A stretch of 20,000 bases of DNA, taken from contig PS015295.1 of the NCBI GenBank assembly GCA_048213135.1, positions 60,069 to 80,068 on the forward strand. Direction: 5' to 3'. This document shows, one piece after another, positions 1 through 13,015 of the stretch (position 1 is its first letter; the number at the start of each line of letters is the position of its first letter). This DNA is from Reclinomonas americana ATCC 50394 (Eukaryota). The notes under the pieces are model-generated. The model was given only the letters and a program-made list of their open reading frames with translations. It had not been told where the DNA came from and ran no database searches. A program made the translations under genes and the position numbers.

Positions 1-3000
1 CGGCTTCGATGCGACTGGTGGGTGAGTTCGCAGCGGTACGCCAATGTCTGGTTGGATCACGATGGATCGTTGGCTGGCTGGATCCAACGTTAGCGCTTGT
101 GCCTTGGGTCGGCGCACGCTGTCAGGTGCACGAGGAGATGACGACACTGGCGCCTGGTCGAGGGAAATGTGACGGTGTTGGCTGCGGGAGGAGAGCTGTT
201 GCAGCGAGCCTCGTTGTTGCGACTTGTCTTGTTGCTGTTGCTGGTCCTGTAGCCGTCGGAGGGAGCCAATCTCCTGCTGCCGCTGACGCGGTGAGGCTTG
301 TGGCGTAGCCAGTGGCGCCGGCTGCTCATCCGCTGGTGTCGAAGGCGGATGCACAGGCTGATCCTGCGATTGCCGCACTTCCGATGGCATCTGAGCAGCT
401 GCCTCGTCGCCAGGAGCCGCGTCGCCCTGTTGATGCTGACCGTGCTGGTGCTGCTGGCGTTCTTGTTGCTGCTGTTGTTGCTGCTGCTGCTGCTGCTGTT
501 GTGGTTGCTGTTGCTGCGGCTGTTGCTGCTGTTGTTGTTGTTGCTCCTGCTGCTGCTGCTGCTTCTGCTCTTGATGTGCTGACTGACCTATGCCGTCTGG
601 CGACGATGATTGGCTCGGGTGCGGTTGGAGGAGCTGCTCCAGAAGCGGGTCCGACGGCGACTGTGGGTATGCTGTGACTGCTGACGGCTGTTGTTGTTCC
701 TGCTGTTTATGTTCGCGCTGCAGTTGTTCCTTCGGTTCCAGTGGGTCCAGAATTGAGTGGATGCGGGACGACGCAGCCGGCGCAGTGTTTTGCTCCACAG
801 CAGCCGTCGTTCCGGCCGAGTCGTCCGCTGTTGACGCGAGTGTCGATGGTTCCTCACGCCGTGCAGAGGCCTGCTCCGGTGTTGCAGTCCGTCTACTTCC
901 TCCTCTGCCAGACGCAGGCCCAACGTCCAGCGCATTCGACGAGCTCTTGTGCAACACGAAGCTTGCACGCGGCGACACCGTTGATGAAATCGAACCACCG
1001 CGACTTGCTCGTCGGTGCAGTCGACCGCCGGTCGGTGTCGTTGCGGCGGCGAGGGAGCCACGTCGTGCATCGCCGTCGCCTTCCAGCTGCTTCAGGTCAC
1101 TGGCACCGTCGCTGCTCGCCAGCCGTCTCGCCTCGCGTCCATCGCCTGCTTCGTCACCGTAGCCGTCATCGTCTTGCCTTGCCGCAATGCTCACGCGCCT
1201 GTTGCGTCCAGGATGCGTCAAGGCCACTGACCGCCTGCGCAATTGCACAAACTGCTGCTGCGAGAGTGACGAGCGGCGGCGAATCAGTTTGCGGGATGAA
1301 GCTGCTGGGGTTCCACCGGCAATGTACGCCAGCGCAGCGTCGAGAGCACGAGTGATCTTGTCCACCACCTCGGGATTGGAGCCGTGTTTCTCAGTCGCCG
1401 TCTTTTGCCAGTATTTCTGTACACGCGCAGTCCACACATAGTGAGTGCACGGTAGCATGTTGCCTCTTTCCAGCTCCAGTGGCAGCATACCAGCATTGAG
1501 GCGACATTCTGGACGTTGACGGTGCGCATTGTTGACTGTGGTTTGTGAAACGAACAAGTCAGTCTGTGAACACCACTTCTGTCGCACTGCATGGTGCTGC
1601 ATACCAGCAGTTCGTGCAGGCCAGTGGCGAGCTCCGACACCTCATCAGTCGCCAGTTCGGACACTGCAGGCTGCTCACTGTGTGTGTGTTTGTGTTCCCC
1701 GTCCGCACGTCAGCAACAACTCTTGCCACAACAACGGAGGGTCAACAACACAACACACGTACCGGAGAGCATTGCTCTTCGCCAACAGGTCACCACACAG
1801 TCCGAGAAGGCGGGAGCTGTCGCCCATGACTGGTGCGAGAGTCTCGCGTGCCGCGGCGAGCATGGCGGTGGCACTGTCGTTGCAGTCGGTGACCAGTGTC
1901 CGCCGCTGACCCAATTCTGCTTTCAGTGCCACCAGTTGTTCGTGTGTTCGTGCCAATGCCCCGGCACACTCGACCACCGCCTGCTCCGCCACAGCTCGCG
2001 CCGCAAATGACTCCACCAGCAGGTCGTGCACTTCATCCAGAGTGGCCAACCGAAGCCCGAGACGGTCGGCAATCTCCTGTGCGCGCACCATGGAGTCGCG
2101 CTCCAGAGTCACTTGCAGCAGCCTCGACTCCAGTGTCTTGATATGTGCACTCTGCTGTGCGACCTGCTGCTCGAGTTCAGCATTGCTGGTGCGCAGCGAA
2201 GCACAGCTCTCACAAAGACGAGTCGCGAGAAGTCGGAGTGGCAGAATGCCGTCGGCTTGCACACCACACTCGACGGCGTCGTTCTCGTCGGGCACCTGCA
2301 CTCCGTTGTGCGCAAAGCTGCACGGTCGAGCCGGCAGCTGGTCCGCCTCACTGACTATCTGGTTGAGGGTTTCGTAGGATAGCGGCTGCAACGGGGCACG
2401 ATGTTGTTAAGTCACAAAACCGACCGACTTCTGATATTGATTGGTGAGCGCTCACCTCGTCGGTATCCGGTTGCAGAATCTTGTCTCGCAACCACAGGTA
2501 GCGCTCGCGGCTCTCACGGATACGTAGAGCCATGTCCTCGATGGAGATCATGTACGTGTGCACGGTTACGCGCTGTCCCTCTTGAATTCTGCAGTCACAG
2601 TCAGTACAGTGTATTTGCAGGGAGGGGAAAGAGACTACAGTGTGCACGCACTCGAGTTCCTCACGCCAGCTCTTGACGGGATTGTCGCGTAGCACGATAC
2701 CAGGGACATTCTATTCACACCGCCAGCGATGTATGTGTGTGTGAAGAGAGAGAAAGCTGGCAGTGATTGGCTGGCGCACAGCGGACGAACCAGCGATAGT
2801 CTCCGCCGGTCGCCCACTGGACCATCTTGATGTTGCCTGATCTGTTGAGTGTGTGTGTGTGTGGTGAGACACTGTGCACACACCAGCCCAATTGGCCTCC
2901 TCTCGCTCGCCAAACCTTGTCAATCGCGTTGGTGAATTCGGTCTGCAACTCTCGCATCAGTTGCTCCCGTTCCAGATCGCGTCGTGCGCTGGACTTTTCA

Positions 3001-4338
3001 AACTGCGCGCACGCAAACATGGTTGCCTTCAGCCATGGCAAACCCCCACCACAGGGAAAGAAATAAGGGCAACGCAACCTCGTCCAACAGGCCGCCCAGT
3101 TCAGCCTGCAAGGAGGCATACAGTTGCTGAAAGTGCCTTTCGGTTTCCGCAAACTGCATGCGGTGGCGATCATGTCACAATACATGCACATCATCATCAT
3201 CACCTCCCCGTTATCACTGTGTTCTGAACGTACCGCATCCTTGGTGCTTTGCACCTCTTCCGACGCCAAACGCAGTCGCTGCGTGAGCACGGCAATGGTC
3301 AAGTGCGCATCGTCCAGTTCCTGTTTCCGGGTCTTCCGTTGCGGAGTGGAACCGGCTGGCAGAGAAGCAGCAGCAGCGGCGGAAGTCGCAGCAGCAGTGA
3401 CGATTGTGGGTGTGGCAGTGGTAGCTGTCGCTTGATCCTTTCTGTGTGCCGGCGGTCGACGGCCATCACCGTTGGCAGGAGCCGCGTTTCCGGCACTTGT
3501 CTGCAACTGCAACAGCTGTGGTGTGTTCCGCAGTGCGTCAGTGAAAGGCACCGCGTTCCCTTCGCTCACACGTTGGTACCTTTTCGCGAGCATGCTTCAC
3601 ATTCTCAGCAATGGCGGTGGCCAGGTGATCAATGTGCGTCGAAATCGGCTCCATGAGCGTGATGAATGCCTCCACCGAGTCCGGCATTTGCATCATCTGT
3701 GGCCGCATCAGTGTTGAGTTTCGAGGTTTCGGCTCATCTGGCATGCGCCTTACCTCGTGGAACAGCAGTGGCCGCACGTCAGGCAGCGTCAGCAGTGGTG
3801 GCCGCGGACCGCCGAGTTGATGTGTCGCTCGTGCACACAACTCCAATCGCAACAGCACCTGCACGTGTTCGTGAGCGACACAGACACGTCTCGCAGCGCA
3901 CACACACACACACACAGTGCGTGTGCAGTGGTGCAGAGTACGTACCGCGTCTGTCCACCGCGACAAGAAGAGCGCCATGTGTGAGTACTCAACGTACTCA
4001 CGAACGCGTCGCTCCTCTTCGCATTCTGGTCGATGATACATTCCCCATTGTCGCTGACCGAGTTGCTCGACGGTGCGCTGCATCTTGGCCACCTGCGCCG
4101 CCTCGATCGCACCATCAGGCTCGTCGCCCACACTCGGAACGGTGTGCGCCCACGCCTTGGCTGACACTGAGGGGTGTTTGCTGGCGCCAGCGACGCACGC
4201 GCGGTAGCTGGCCACCACCTGACTGTACAGACTGCTGTTCTCCTCGGCATCAGTCGACGACGACGACGATGGCACTGGCTGCGAGTCGGTTGCGACCGAT
4301 GGCACGGCTGCGGCCACACCCACATCCGACACGGACAT
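1..4338 (-). CDS. Large coiled-coil, low-complexity/poly-Q protein of unknown family; ~12 introns; 3' end outside window
   Basis: ATG at 4338 (MSVSDVGV...). GT-AG introns (e.g. 3003-3078 and donors near 2916, 2790, 2651, 2455, 1762, 1604, 1490) join ORF-track fragments into one frame with heptad segments (NAELEQQVAQQSAHIKTLESRLLQVTLERD). The last exon is open from ~1416 to base 1 (KYWQKTATEKHG...poly-Q...VASKP) and is missing from the ORF track because it has no stop in the window. Confidence 0.75.
465..570 (-). repeat. CAG/CAA trinucleotide tract encoding poly-glutamine
   Basis: (TGC/TGT)n on the + strand, in frame as Gln codons in the last visible exon of the coiled-coil gene. Confidence 0.9.
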
Positions 4339-4408
4339 GCGTTTTCTCGCGATAATGAGAAAAAACGGTCGGCCGAGTTAATATTTACAGTAGGTCCTAA
4401 TGCAATTT

Positions 4409-6768
4409 TCACTCCCGATCATTAGCACTCTCCGCATGGTTGTCTTCCGCTTGCTCCGCTGCCGCCGGCTCCGGCTCCGACTCTGGCACCGGCAAGGCGA
4501 TCCCGTCTATCGATTTGGCGGCAGCCACCATCGTCTCGGGCAATATGGTGGTGATCACCGATACGATCGAGTTGCGCAAGTCAAAAAAGTCGTAACGCAC
4601 CAATGCGGGTAATTGCTGCGTGACAACTCGAACGGGCTCGGCCAGGAACAGATCCCGCTGGTTGGCGTAGGCCGCGTACGCATACAATCGTGAGGGGTCC
4701 TGGATGCTGGCCTGCTCGAGAGCCGCCATGGTGCTCCTCGTTAGATTCGAGTCGGAAAGCACCACGAGCACAAATACGGGGGCGCGAATCTGCACGGTGA
4801 GTGAGACGCAAGGCATGACTTTTGAGGAGCGGAAGTGAGCGATAATGAGTGGTGGGTGTGCACGCAACAGAGTCGCGGACAATATCCATCATCTCCCGAT
4901 TGAACTGTGGTGCAATCGGCAGCTGATGGTTGTGAATCCAGTTGCCGAGTTGCGTCTGTGGAATCACCACCACCACGTGATCAGAGTAACACAACAAGGA
5001 GAGGGCTGCAATCGCGGTGGTGGTGGTATGCGCAACTGGATCGGCAAGTGCACCCGCACAGTAAAAGTGCTCTCGATTACGATTGAGCAACAGTGTGCCG
5101 GCGTGCTTGCAATGCTTGGCCTCCTCTCGCACCTCGCCCTGTAGCCGCGCAACGCCTCGCAGCGACTGAATACGGAAGAACTGGACCGTCTCGCGCGTGG
5201 CAAATGCAAGAGAAGCATCGCGCAGGGCCACCTACGCGTGTCGTCGTCGACGATGAGTGAGCTCACAGACACAAGAAGTCGTTTCTTGATTCGCGTACAC
5301 TCACCGCCGATGCCGAATCCGCCTTGGGCGCCGTCATGATTACCACAGCCTCGTTGTGGTCCAACGGCAGCTCATTGATGCTCTCCGCTGTGGTGAAGGG
5401 CACGGGGGAGAAGGCGGAGACCACGAACTGAATGATGTGCAGCAGGTTGCGTTGTCCACTGTAGGCCGACAGCACACCGTGCGCTCGCCTGCGATCGAGA
5501 GAGGAAAAGGGGAAAGAACGCGGCGTGGTCTTGAGAAAGGAGAGGACAAGTGCACAGCAACAAAATCACAAGCACTGGGGAGCGCACCAGGCGAGATGCG
5601 GCACAGCGGCCAGCTGGAGGGAGATGCACTTTTGTCGCATGTTGCCGTTGCATTCAAAGGCGCCAAACTTGACCGACAGGTGCATGTTGGCCACATCAGC
5701 AGCCGCACTAGAGAAGACGTGCATCATCTTTTCACACGGCGGCGAGTGCTGCACAAAGCTGCGTGGCCGTTTAGTCCGTCCATCAGCTAACATACCGCAG
5801 CGAGTGCCAACAGACAACTGCACGCAACAAGAGGATGAACCACGTGCCGGTCTGCGTGAGGCGCTCAAAGTCTCGTATGCTACTGAATGTGGTCACCAGC
5901 GTCGCGTGCGAGCTTCCTCGCAGTCCTCTCGCGCGCTCCTCCTCACTTTCCTCCCAGCTCTCGTCCTCCCCTTCGTCATCTTCGTCTCCTCTCTCCTCTT
6001 CTCCCCTTGCATCGACTCCTGGCACAGCAGCGGGTGCTGCCGTCTCTCCCTGCTGCTGCTGCTGCTGCTGCGGCTGCTCCGGAGGCGGTGAAGTCGCCAG
6101 CAATGCATGCAGATCCTCAGCCGACGCAGGCGATGTGGTCACCGCCTCATTCTCGTGGCTTGCAGGCGCCTGGCGCAGCATGAGCAGTCAGTCGGCCCGC
6201 CTCAGTCATGTTTTTGTCTTCTCCCACTCGCTGCTGCACTCACCTCGTGCTCTGTCGCCGACGATGCAGTTTCTGTACTTGACAAGGCTGCGGCGGCCTC
6301 CTTGTCGACCCGCGAAGCATCTGCAGCCGGCACTGGCGGCACACTTGACTTGGTGCTCACACGTGTTGGTGTGTAGCTGGAGACAGACGAGCGACGGCCA
6401 CCACGCGAAGGCCACGCAATCTGCCCGCGAGGACCGAATCGCGGCTTATTGAATGGATCATCCAGCGGCACACCGCCGTTGCCGGCAGGTGGCAGCTGTG
6501 AGGAGGAGGATACACCCACTGGCTTGCCCAACAGCGAGGGGTAGTTGTGCGCCACAAATGCAGTGGACAACACGCCCGCCACAGTCAGGCCCAACACACA
6601 CAACACCACCATTCCAAATGTCACACGACCGCGACGAGCGGCCGATGCGAGGCTCTCTCTCTCGTCCTCACTGTCGCTCTCGTGCTCGAGCGCATGTCCC
6701 CGCGGCGCAGAGTGTGGCAGTGTCGGACCACCACCACCACCACCACCACCACGAGGAGCGCCCTTCAT
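4409..6768 (-). CDS. Type II membrane-anchored protein disulfide isomerase-like protein (thioredoxin a domain with SxxC, then probable b/b' domains); ~6 introns
   Basis: ATG 6768. One hydrophobic segment (VTFGMVVLCVLGLTVAGVLSTAFVA), then a low-complexity acidic stalk. Spliced WFILFFVQHSPPCEKMMHVFSSAAADV...VKFGAFEC...KC...VPHLAW...YSGQRNLLHIIQFV matches the PDI pattern WLVEFYAPWCGHC...YxGxR. LGNWIHNHQLP resembles the b-b' linker. Stop TGA at 4409-4411. Confidence 0.72.
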
Positions 6769-6792
6769 TGCGCTCTTCTCAATCTATTAGAA

Positions 6793-6808
6793 TTTTGCGC
6801 GGGAAAAA
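6793..6808. promoter_or_regulatory. E2F-consensus-like element (TTTCCCGC on - strand, overlapping TTTTGCGCG on + strand)
   Basis: GCGGGAAA at 6799-6806 matches TTTSSCGC and lies ~30 bp upstream of the ATG at 6768 in a 122-bp spacer. Motif match only. Confidence 0.3.
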
Positions 6809-6890
6809 TCGCGTGTCCTCTGACTCCTCCCGCGGCGACGTTACGTTATCGAGCTCCGTTCTGCAAGTGCGTCTCGTCGCAGTTTACTAT

Positions 6891-9099
<2,209 letters not shown>

Positions 9100-9146
9100 T
9101 CTCTCGGGCTCAGTGAGAGGGAGACGTCCTATCACGTCCTTTGCTC

Positions 9147-10265
9147 ATGATGCTTCGTGTTGCGCGACGAGCGTCGTCGCCTTTGCTGTCGCGATCGGTG
9201 GCGACAGCAGTGGTGAGTGATGTGTGGTGGCGTCGAGCGTTGGCGCCTGCGCAGGGGCAGGGCGGCGGTGAGGTGGTGATTCGGCGAGCGCGAGTGCGCG
9301 ATGTGTCAGAGTTGGTGCGCATGTACACGCACATGTGGGTGCATCACAACCCGGTGATCCAGGCGCTGCAGATCACGGAGAGCGATCTGCAACCGATGAC
9401 CTCCATGGGTGAGCGTCAATGCGTGTGGGAGCTTGCCTGCATGCATCGATCGATCGCTCATACGATCATGGTGTGTTGTGTCAGAGGTCCAAACGGCGAT
9501 CAAGAGTGGACTGGCGATGGTGGTGGAGCAGCAGCGAGTGGCGCACGCATCAAAGGTAGCTGCATTGTGCGATGCGACTGGCGACCACGACGACAACGAG
9601 AGTGACGCCTTTCGTGGATGCAGGTCGTCGGTTTCATGATTGGCGAAGACATGGTGCCGGACAAGTTTGAGGTCTCCCATCCGTACCGGCAGCTGGTGGA
9701 TGCCAATCCGAAGCTGCGTCGTCGTCTGGCGTTTTGGAGGGACATTGAGGAGCCGTGGATAAGGTGAACGCAACAAGAGAAAGTTGACACCGTGGTATCG
9801 CCATTGCTCATTCGCATCTGTGCAGCAAAGTAAAGGCGGCTGGCGACTGGCGGCCTGGTGTGACACTGCGGACGTTGGCCGGTGGCGTGCTGCCAGAAGT
9901 AAACGGCCTCGGCATCACCACTGACATGCTGAGACTGGCGGCAGAGGTACGCACGGATGTGTGTTGGGCGTGCGACTTGTCTCTCTCTCACGCACACAAC
10001 CTGTGGCGATGCAGTGGTGCCGCCAACACGAGTATCGGTACATGACAGATCTGGCGTCGAATGCAGCGTCAGCACGCGTGGCAGAAAAGTGCGGCATGGT
10101 CGAGGTGAATCGCGTGGTGTGGTCTGGTGAGTCCGCACATCCTCGCGTCGCAATGGTGCTCGCACAACTCATGCACGCCGCACAGACTGGGTGTTCGAGG
10201 ACGGAACGCGGCCGTACGATCAGTACCCGGGCCATGCGTTACTGTACGTGCAGACACTACGATAG
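9147..10265 (+). CDS. GNAT-family N-acetyltransferase (arylalkylamine N-acetyltransferase-like architecture), possible mitochondrial presequence; 5 introns
   Basis: Spliced product: VVIRRARVRDVSELVRM (beta1/alpha1), KVVGFMIGED (beta3), GGVLPEVNGLGITTDML (acetyl-CoA motif A), ASNAASARVAEKCGM (motif B), DWVFEDGTRPY. Stop TAG 10263-10265. N-terminus MMLRVARRASSPLLSRSVATA is Arg/Ser-rich and lacks acidic residues. Confidence 0.8.
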
Positions 10266-10296
10266 AGAATGGAGGAGAGTAGATTGTACATATCAT

Positions 10297-11465
10297 TTAC
10301 GGCGACACGGGCACTCTGTCGTGGTTCGGTGCCTCCGGAAGCGTCGCCTGTCGATCGCGGATCGATCTGGCTGTGCTCTGCGGTGCGTGCAGCGTGATGG
10401 GGTCCGCTGCTCGTGTCGCTGCCGCCGCTGCCAGTTCTGCTTTGCGGCGGACCGCCGTCTCAAAGGTCGACGCGACGCGCTGATGCGACACCAGCTGGAG
10501 GAAGATGAGTGGCTGCGGGCACGAGCAGCAGCACAGCGCTGGAGCGCAGCACCACCACAGCTGCTGGCGGAAACTGCACAGGGGACGCGCCTGGTCAGTG
10601 GCCAATGTCACACATGAAACTTGCTTCCTGTCATGCCATGGCATCACCTGGGCACGTGATAGGCCGCCGTCGTGTTGCTGTCGACAAACGAGGGACAGCA
10701 GGCGTCGAAGAATGGGCACACTGAATTGTTTGTACCGCAGCAGCGAGTGCGGATTCGAACTCGACTGCAGCGGACGATGAGTGAGGACAGGAGGAGAGAA
10801 GACCGCGGATGGATGCATGCTCACCGCCAGTGCACACCCATGGGGTGAAAGACGCCCTCGTTCCACTCATCCAGCACCTGCTGCACGCGGGCAAATGTAC
10901 TCGGAGCGCCACGCAAGCAGGCGCCACACCAACCAATGCAGCAGCACGCGCGGCAACTCTCGCAATCACGCAGACAGTCACAAGAACGAGCACCAGTGTA
11001 GTCGAGTCGTGAACGCACACGCAGTGCCTCGGCCGCACCCTCGACGGCCTCCAGGAACACCGAGGCGATGGCACGCGGATCGACAGCAGCCGCCGGTGAT
11101 GCTGTTGTTGCAGCAGTGCGACGCCACCCATCACTGTTCGACTGCATGATCAGTGGTCGGCCGCGCAGCACGCGCGCCAGAAACTCCACATCACGGTGCC
11201 TGTCTCACAAGCCGGTGAGAAGCTACAGGTGGAGGATGTAGCGCACGCACGCACTGACGCACCCGTACTCTGCTTTGCGCCACTCGTGCGTATCGCGGAA
11301 ACTCCCAAAACTGTCGGCCTCCCGAATCGTCGTCACCATGCGATGCGCCCATGGCCTCCGTGGCTTGTCGGCACGACCCACGGCCGAGTGACCGACATCG
11401 TTGAGACGCGCCACCTCAGCCTCAGCGGAGCAATCCACTCCACAGCAGCAGTGTGTGAGTGACAT
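10297..11465 (-). CDS. Cysteine-rich protein with a possible Erf4/GOLGA7/CHIC-type domain; ~3 introns
   Basis: ATG 11465 (MSLTHCCCGVDC). Introns with donors at ~11263 and ~10824 join to ...CRACCCIGWCGACL...ARVQQVLDEWNEGVFHPMGVHWR, which resembles the LxxxNxxxFxPxGLxW segment of Erf4/CHIC proteins. The last intron donor (~10654) is uncertain. Stop TAA 10297-10299. Confidence 0.55.
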
Positions 11466-11545
11466 TGCGACAACAACCCAAAACTGTAGACCAGCAGCTG
11501 CGATTCAAGATTTGTCCACACACGATTTACACAACAACACAAGTC

Positions 11546-12916
11546 TCACAAGTTTGGAAACAGGGAGATGATACCGCGCCGCTGCTCCAGTACACGGTAG
11601 CCTCCAGGTGGCGAGCGAACCTGCTCAATTCGCTGCAGCTGGTATCGCAGCAGCGTCGACTGGTGAATGAGTCTCTCCGTCAGTCTCTCATCGTACTCTG
11701 GCAGCGGATCCAGTGGTCGCAGCAACTCTGCAGGCAGAGGAGGGAAAGCAAATGAGATTCCTGGTGTGTGCGAATATTGACTGTGTGCGCGCACACGAAC
11801 CCGCGTGTGTCGCTGACGATACTTGTTGTTGTTGTTGTCGTTCGCGGTGCTTCCGGCGCACTCGCGATGAGCAGTGTTCTTCCATGTACTTGCGTCGCTG
11901 GAGGGTGGAGGTAGCCGGCATGCTTGCACTGTGAAGAGAGAGCTCGTGCGGTCAGCAACGGAGCTGTGCAGGGAGATGTATGACAGCAGCATGGAGATCA
12001 CGCAACGCGATAAACTCCTTCAGCGGATCGGCGCAGACACTGGAACCGGATCCAGAAGATACTGACGATGTGTCTGTGGTCGTCCTTGTGGAAACCGACG
12101 ATGAACTGGCACCACTGGAGCCGATGCTTGCAGTGCTGCGAGTGCCACCACCAAAGTGAACGAAGCTGTCTTTGTTCTCCTGTGCATGCTCGTCGTCATC
12201 ATCATCATCGTCAGTCCACCGCTGCTGCTTGGCCAGCTGCTTGAGTTCCTTGTGTCGCGCTCGCAGGTCTCGTGTCAAATGCGCCGAGTTCAACAACAAG
12301 TCTGGCGACGACCAGACAGAGAGAGCGTAAGGCGCAAGAAGAGCAGCAACAGCAGGCGTGTGTATGAACCATCAAAGTACGCCAGCGCAGCAATGTACGC
12401 CGTCTCCGCTCTCCCCAGTGCACTGCGCAACTCGCCTTGACACTGCCAACGACGCGTCAGCGCAAAACTACGCGACTCATGTTCACCCTCTTCATGTGGC
12501 ACCACTCAACTTGCAACAGGCGGCGATGATAAAACACCTGAGTGTCCTCCGGTAGTCTCTGCAGCTCCTGGAACCCCGCATCCAGCGCACGCAACAGCTG
12601 CTCGTGCTGCTCGGCGACCACAACAGGGATGAGGACACGAGAAAGAGAGAGAGAGATGGAGACGAGTTTGCCTCACCCGTGTCAGAAACACACTCCAGTC
12701 TGTCTGGATCTTGCCACCAAGGTCCGTCTTCTTGCTCTGTGGGCGTGTGAACGTGTGGATAAGCAAAACAGCACACGCCTTCTCTGTTGTTATCATGCGC
12801 GCAACTCCTCCACTCTCCACATGAAACGACACCCACGAGGAGAAGTACACCAGCCGCTCCACATGCCGCTCACACAGCTCCACCAGCTCACGCACTCGTG
12901 TCAGCGCATCCGACAT
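11546..12916 (-). CDS. Hypothetical protein: helical N-terminus, acidic/Ser-rich middle; several introns
   Basis: ATG 12916 (MSDALTRVRELVELCERHVERL). Exon fragments IQTDWSVFLTR/LLRALDAGFQELQ, AETAYIAALAYFD, DDDDDDDEH, FPPLPAELLRPLDPLPEYDERL...IISLFPNL*. Some junctions are unresolved and no family was recognised. Confidence 0.55.
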
Positions 12917-13015
12917 GCTCTTCTCTCGCCAGACACACACAAATCACAACGTTCTTGCAACCGTCAGCCTCGTCCTGCAGCTGTTCGTCGGAACATTGGC
13001 GCGGGCTTTGTGGCA

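Noticed and set aside
298-677. Plus-strand poly-Leu and poly-Ala/Val ORFs that look like membrane proteins
   Set aside because: They are antisense shadows of the CAG/CAA poly-Q tract in the minus-strand gene.
4342-4363. TTTTCTC...GAGAAAA inverted repeat as a terminator hairpin
   Set aside because: It is a weak 7-bp AT-rich stem in a eukaryotic context, compatible with chance.
11546-12916. Assignment of the unknown gene to mitoguardin or TPR families
   Set aside because: Only vague helical resemblance, with no diagnostic motif.
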